From IMG/VR virus record IMGVR_UViG_3300020120_000085, positions 1-39,994 of that record: DNA of 39,994 nt; one strand, given 5' to 3'. Shown in pieces: positions 35,652 to 39,994 of the stretch; positions within the stretch are counted from its first letter, which is position 1; each line of letters opens with the position of its first letter. The notes beneath the pieces were generated by a model. It did no database searches, was not told the origin of the DNA, and worked only from the letters and a program-made list of their open reading frames with translations. The translations under genes and the position numbers were made by a program. The stretch comes from a virus. Lineage: Duplodnaviria > Caudoviricetes.

Positions 35652-35953
35652 GCGTGCTCGCCTTCTACTTCGGGTGGCCGCTCGGGGCGGTCTGGTCGAA
35701 CCTGCTCGCGTCGGCGATCTGCGCGCTGCTGGTGTGGTGGCGGGTGCGGGCCCGGATGATCGCCCACCACGCCGAGCAGCTGGCCCAGGCCGCCCGGCAT
35801 CACGCGGAGCTGAAGCGGCGGCACGACGAGCTGATGGCCCATGTCACGGCGGTCGGCTCGCATGTCCTGACGTCGGCGGTCCCGGTCCCGCAGCAGCTGC
35901 TCGACGACATCGCGAACGCATCGAAGGGCAAGCCGGGCGGTGAGCGGCCGTGA
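35648..35953 (+). CDS. Small membrane protein
   Basis: TM 'VWSNLLASAICALLVWW', His-rich tail; ATGA/GTGA overlaps. Confidence 0.6.
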   Translation: MSVLAFYFGWPLGAVWSNLLASAICALLVWWRVRARMIAHHAEQLAQAARHHAELKRRHDELMAHVTAVGSHVLTSAVPVPQQLLDDIANASKGKPGGERP

Positions 35954-36492
35954 CCGTGCTGACCGACCTGACCAGCCAGGTCATCGGCTACCTGCTCGCC
36001 CAGGCGGCGTCGAGCCCGGCGCTGGGCGCCGCGCCGGTGCCGGTGGCGGTCATCGACGGGCAGCCGGTCACGCAGGACGTCCTGGTGGTGAACGAGACGG
36101 GCCTGACACAGCGGCTGTGGGTCGGCTCGCCGGGGTTCACCGAGTCCGGGCTGTCCGCGGCGGCCACGTCGCACCAGGGGTTCGCGTTCCTCGACCAGGC
36201 CCGCACGCGCGACCTGGATTTCGACGTGCAGTGCGCGGCCGAGGCGGTGGCGGGCCTCTCGGTGATGGCAGAGGCGCGGGACGGCGCGTTCGGCGTGCTG
36301 CGCGCGGTGGAACTGATGCTGCGCGGGTCGCCGGGCACGACCCCGCCGAGCTCCGGCGACGCCTCGATGGGGGGGCTCGTCTACTGGTCCGAGGTCACCG
36401 GGCCGATCGAGCTGGAGCAGGAGCAGGCGCAGTCCGGGGCGATCGCCCTGGTGAAGTTCCACGTCACGGGCTACGTGAGGTTGACGTCATGA
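35950..36492 (+). CDS. Tail terminator / neck protein
   Basis: Position before tail tube; 'V.DG.P', 'ARD.AF.....VE..LR...D.SMGGLV'. Confidence 0.65.
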   Translation: MTVLTDLTSQVIGYLLAQAASSPALGAAPVPVAVIDGQPVTQDVLVVNETGLTQRLWVGSPGFTESGLSAAATSHQGFAFLDQARTRDLDFDVQCAAEAVAGLSVMAEARDGAFGVLRAVELMLRGSPGTTPPSSGDASMGGLVYWSEVTGPIELEQEQAQSGAIALVKFHVTGYVRLTS

Positions 36493-36800
36493 CAGGAGAC
36501 TCAGTGCAGAAGCCATCGGTTGGCCGGATCGTCCACGTGACCGTGGACCCGAGCCGCAACAACGGCGCCGACGTCGCGCCCGCAGTCATCACCCGCGTGT
36601 GGGGCGACAACTGCGTCAACCTGCGCGTGCTCTACGACGGGCCGCCCGTCGCGCCGGAGCACCATCACCGGCAGGACTGGCTCACGTCCTGGCCGCTGCA
36701 TGAAAGCCGCGAGGCGATGGAGGCTGCGCACGCCGAGCAGGCCGAGCAGCTCGGCCATGTCGTCACGCGGTCCGGCGCGTTCTGGCCGCCGAGGGTCTGA
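36489..36800 (+). CDS. Conserved phage hypothetical protein
   Basis: 'KPSVGRIVH...PAVITRVW...VNL.V..DG...WPPRV'. Confidence 0.7.
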   Translation: MTGDSVQKPSVGRIVHVTVDPSRNNGADVAPAVITRVWGDNCVNLRVLYDGPPVAPEHHHRQDWLTSWPLHESREAMEAAHAEQAEQLGHVVTRSGAFWPPRV

Positions 36801-36808
36801 GGAGAGCG

Positions 36809-37213
36809 ATGCGAAGGGTGAGATGCGTCAGCCCGCACGGCGGCGCGCACCACGGGATCCGGGCGGATAACGAGCTGCCCGCGCAGGAGGGCTATCAGGG
36901 TGCGCTCATCGTGCCGCCGAACGAGGGCGGCTGGGTGGATAACGCGGTGCTCGGCCGGGTCGCCGTCGGCGATGAGGTGGATGCGCCGGAGCCGCCGGAG
37001 TTCATCTGCGACGGCTTCCACTTCGTGAACGAGGGCGGCGGCCCGGACATCTGCGCGGGTGGCGGCGGCTGCTGGTGCGGAGGCTCGCATCACGGCAACG
37101 TCACCGTCACCGCCGGCGGCCCTGTCAGCGGCCCCGGAGGGGGCGGCGGGGGCGCGGCCTTCACCGGCACCAGCGGCACGCTGGCTGACCTGCTCAGGAA
37201 GGGTGACATCTGA
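36809..37213 (+). CDS. Hypothetical protein
   Basis: AGGAG RBS; TGATG coupling to tail tube gene. Confidence 0.55.
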   Translation: MRRVRCVSPHGGAHHGIRADNELPAQEGYQGALIVPPNEGGWVDNAVLGRVAVGDEVDAPEPPEFICDGFHFVNEGGGPDICAGGGGCWCGGSHHGNVTVTAGGPVSGPGGGGGGAAFTGTSGTLADLLRKGDI

Positions 37214-38301
37214 TGGCGCTCCCGTCCGGTCTTGCCGCCTCCGCCGGGTTCGCGACGGAAACGGTGCAGGGCACCGCGCAGACCCCGAACCACTGGCTGG
37301 AGATCAACTCCGAGACGAACAAGCTGGGCAAGCAGACCGTCACCGGGCAGGGCCTGCGGGCGGGCGGCCTGTTCGAGCGGACGTCGCGGCGGGTGGTGAC
37401 GCACTGGACGCCGTCCGGCGGCCTGGTGTTCGACGCGCCGTTCCACGGCATGGGCTTGCTGTGGCAGCACATGCTCGGCTCGTTCGGCACGTTCTCCTCG
37501 ATCGTGCAGCAGTCGGCGACGACGGCGTACCTGCAGACGCACACGCCGGGCCCGCTGACGGGCAAGACCCTGACCCTGCAGGTCGGCAAGCCCGACAGCA
37601 GCGGCACCGTCCGCCCGTTCACCTATGTCGGCGCCAAGGTCGCCGACTGGATGCTGACGACGGAGCTAGGCAAGATCGCCCTGTTCACGGTCAACTTCGA
37701 CCACTGGCAGGAATTGTCGCCGGATAACCCGCAGGGCACGTCCGCGGGCCCGGCGCTGACCGCCCCGACGTACACCAGCGGTGAGCAGTTCTTCCACTTC
37801 CGCCAGGGGGTCCTGTACAACGGCGGCACGCTGTCGAACGCCGGGTCGAACCCCACTATCACGTCGCTGGCCACGCCGACGGCGGCCGGGTACGTCAAGA
37901 AGTGCGAGATCAAGTGCCAGAACGTGCTCGACAGCACCCGGTTCTTCCTGGGCGGCACCGGCGGCAGCACCGTCGCCGGGGTGAAGGGCGACCAGCTGGA
38001 GAACGGCTTCCGGAAGATCACGGGCCAGCTGGACGTCGAGTTCGCCAGCCTGGCGGCGTTCTACGACGCTTACGCGGGCGACACCACGTCGACCTTGCAG
38101 CTGATCTTCACCGGCCCCATCATCGCCAGCACGTTCGCCTACACGCTGAACATCCTGATCCCGAACATCAAGTTCGACAACGACAGCCCGCAGGTCGGCG
38201 GCCCGGGCGTCGTCAACACGGCGATGCCGTTCAGCGGCCTCGACCAGGAGACATGGAACCCCGTCCAGGTGCAGTACATGAGCACGGACACGGCGTTCTG
38301 A
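37213..38301 (+). CDS. Major tail tube protein
   Basis: 'GFATET..GT...P', 'LTLQVGKP', 'FTY.G.KV', 'R.ITG.L..EF', 'PQVGGPGVV'; position before chaperone and tape measure. Confidence 0.85.
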   Translation: MALPSGLAASAGFATETVQGTAQTPNHWLEINSETNKLGKQTVTGQGLRAGGLFERTSRRVVTHWTPSGGLVFDAPFHGMGLLWQHMLGSFGTFSSIVQQSATTAYLQTHTPGPLTGKTLTLQVGKPDSSGTVRPFTYVGAKVADWMLTTELGKIALFTVNFDHWQELSPDNPQGTSAGPALTAPTYTSGEQFFHFRQGVLYNGGTLSNAGSNPTITSLATPTAAGYVKKCEIKCQNVLDSTRFFLGGTGGSTVAGVKGDQLENGFRKITGQLDVEFASLAAFYDAYAGDTTSTLQLIFTGPIIASTFAYTLNILIPNIKFDNDSPQVGGPGVVNTAMPFSGLDQETWNPVQVQYMSTDTAF

Positions 38302-38302
38302 G

Positions 38303-38641
38303 GTGGCGGACAGGCTGCGGGAGGCCGCGCAGGTCATCGCGGACCAGGCGAAGCTCAACGCGGCGGCCTGGTCGAAGCAGATCCCGCCGTCGATCCGGGT
38401 GTCCGGCAGCTATCCGGAGGTCGTCATCCGGGCGTCGGCGCCGCCCGCGTACCCGAACGAGATGCCGGACATCTGGCATCCGGTATTCGGCCGCCGCGGC
38501 ACTGAGCGGTTCGCCAAGCCGCGGGTGAAGAACAAGCACCGGCCGTTCCTGGCCCCGGCCGCCGACGAGGGGGCCAACAAGGCGCTGGAGAAGTTCGCGC
38601 AGCTCATCGACGACTGGGCCATCAAGGCAGGGTTCCGGTAG
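38303..38641 (+). CDS. HK97 gp10-like tail completion protein
   Basis: 'LREAA..IA..AK', 'HPVFG', 'RPFLAPA'. Confidence 0.65.
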   Translation: MADRLREAAQVIADQAKLNAAAWSKQIPPSIRVSGSYPEVVIRASAPPAYPNEMPDIWHPVFGRRGTERFAKPRVKNKHRPFLAPAADEGANKALEKFAQLIDDWAIKAGFR

Positions 38642-38657
38642 GAAGGACAGCCCCTCC

Positions 38658-38864
38658 ATGGAAGACATCAAGATCCCCGAGATCACCGAAGTGCAGCGCC
38701 TGCGGCTCGAACCGGGCGACAAGGTCGCCGTGCGCGTGCCTGACCGGATCAGCGCGCAAAGCGCGGACTTCATCAAGGAGCACGTCAGCGCCGTCCTGGG
38801 CATCGGCCCGGACTCGGTCCTGGTGCTGGGTTCCGGCATCAGCCTCGCGGTGGTGACCCCGTGA
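38658..38864 (+). CDS. Hypothetical protein
   Basis: 'RLRLEPGD.V.V' small protein; GTGA overlap. Confidence 0.6.
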   Translation: MEDIKIPEITEVQRLRLEPGDKVAVRVPDRISAQSADFIKEHVSAVLGIGPDSVLVLGSGISLAVVTP

Positions 38865-39268
38865 AGATCGAATACGACGGCCGGGCGTGGGATTTCGACG
38901 TCGAGGACATTCCCGTCAGCCAGTGCGAGGCGGTCGAGAAATACGTGCCCTCCAAGGGCATGGGCGACTGGTACAACCAGCTCGACGCCGGGCACACCAG
39001 GGCGGTCATCGCGCTGTGGTGGGTGCTCCGCAAGCGTGCGGGCGAGGCGGGCGCCATCTCGCAGCCCGGCGATGACTTCCGGCCGCTGAGGCTGCTGAGC
39101 GCGTTCAACGCCGCACTGCGGGCTGAGGCCGAGGCCGCCGCGGCGGCCGAGGCCGAGGCGGAGGCTGAGCCGGACCCTACGACGCCAGCGGTTTCGTCAC
39201 CGGCACCGTCCGCCGCTACCACGATGACGACGGGCGTCGCACCCGCAACGCTGTCCCTGCCTGGATAA
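38861..39268 (+). CDS. Tail assembly chaperone (G)
   Basis: Between tail tube and tape measure; overlapping -1 frame extension. Confidence 0.75.
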   Translation: MKIEYDGRAWDFDVEDIPVSQCEAVEKYVPSKGMGDWYNQLDAGHTRAVIALWWVLRKRAGEAGAISQPGDDFRPLRLLSAFNAALRAEAEAAAAAEAEAEAEPDPTTPAVSSPAPSAATTMTTGVAPATLSLPG

Positions 39269-39444
39269 CCCGTGTCCTCGACGGGAGCGTCACGCAGCTG
39301 CGCGCGGAGTACAGCTTCGCTCTCGCGCGGCTGTGCGCATGCCCGCCGCCGACTGCCCTGTCCCTGTCGCTGCTCGACTTCGCCCGGCTCGTCGACGGGA
39401 TCGACCAGTACGACGCCGAGATGCGCCGCGCGGCCAGGGGGTGA
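39169..39444 (+). CDS. Tail assembly chaperone -1 frameshift extension (T)
   Basis: -1 frame open 39169-39444: ...PYDASGFVTG...LRAEYSFALARLCACPP...LSLLDFARLVDGIDQYD...; GC3-biased. Confidence 0.7.
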   Translation, partial: AGPYDASGFVTGTVRRYHDDDGRRTRNAVPAWITRVLDGSVTQLRAEYSFALARLCACPPPTALSLSLLDFARLVDGIDQYDAEMRRAARG

Positions 39445-39447
39445 CCC

Positions 39448-39994
39448 GTGGCTCTCGTGAAGACGGTCGAACTTCGCATATTGGCTAATGCGGGCGACGC
39501 TCAAGCCAAGCTGGACGAAATCGACGCCGAGGCCAGGAAACTGGACGGCCAGGCGATCCGGATGCGGTTCCGGGTCGACGACGCCGCCGGGAAGGCGCAG
39601 TTCGACGAGCTCCGCGCCCGGGCCCTCCAGCTGGGCCTGTCCGACGTCGTCATCAAGGTGAAGACCGACGGCGCCGGCAAGGCCATCGCCGACCTGACGG
39701 CGGTCAGGACGCAGGCGGCCACGCTGAAGGACCTCGAGGTCAAGGTCAAGGTCAAGGCGGATGAGGGCAGGTTCGGCGGCCTAAAGCCCGGGACGATAGG
39801 GGGCGGCGGTCCCGCGTGGCTGGGGCCGCTGCTGCTGGCGCTCCCCGCGGTCGCCACCCTCACCGGCGTCGCCGCGGGCGCCACGGTCGCGCTGGGCGGC
39901 GCGTTCGTGGCCGCGGGCGGCGCCGTGGCCGCGTTCGGCGCCGTCGCCAAGCCGGTCCTGGCCGGGGCGCTCAAAGCCGAGCAGGCCGTCAACA
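39448..39994 (+). CDS. Tape measure protein, 3' truncated by window
   Basis: GTG 39448, open to window end: VALVKTVELRILANAGDAQAKLDEI... Ala/Gly-rich helical. Confidence 0.85.
   Translation, partial: MALVKTVELRILANAGDAQAKLDEIDAEARKLDGQAIRMRFRVDDAAGKAQFDELRARALQLGLSDVVIKVKTDGAGKAIADLTAVRTQAATLKDLEVKVKVKADEGRFGGLKPGTIGGGGPAWLGPLLLALPAVATLTGVAAGATVALGGAFVAAGGAVAAFGAVAKPVLAGALKAEQAVN

Larger units (their letters stand above)
1..39994. mobile_element. Temperate HK97-type siphophage genome (actinobacterial host), circularly permuted, partial
   Basis: Terminase, portal, protease, capsid, tail tube, tape measure, endolysin, serine integrase and repressor in canonical synteny; tail genes at both window ends; no host housekeeping genes. 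Confidence 0.95.

Noticed and set aside
1-39994. tRNA genes, DGR/reverse transcriptase, IS elements, genome-wide stop-codon reassignment
   Set aside because: No cloverleaf, RT or transposase motifs seen; TAA, TAG and TGA all end well-defined genes.

Overview
High-GC actinobacterial temperate siphophage of the HK97 type, seen circularly permuted. The window runs tail/receptor-binding genes and a GH25 endolysin (1-8.2 kb), an accessory/integration region with a large serine integrase (8.2-16.3 kb), a repressor and early/replication genes (16.2-24.6 kb), HNH plus a probable cos region (24.6-25.7 kb), and terminase, portal, protease, capsid, neck and tail tube genes ending inside the tape-measure gene (25.7-40 kb). 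No host genes interrupt the element, so it is probably a circular or excised form. The standout feature is an actinomycete plasmid/AICE-type conjugative transfer operon (TraB-like FtsK translocase, SpdA/DUF2637-like and small membrane proteins) beside the integrase. It is headed by an orphan Phd/YefM protein with a TGTACA site and followed by a cluster of CTAACY repeats, suggesting a phage-conjugative element hybrid. Other points: a decayed MT-A70/nuclease pair in the genetic switch, a 12-repeat Pro/Gln tail protein, a BldC-like gene, TTA codons where stops are expected, and a non-canonical -1 frameshift. All calls come from motif recognition by eye; no database search was run.
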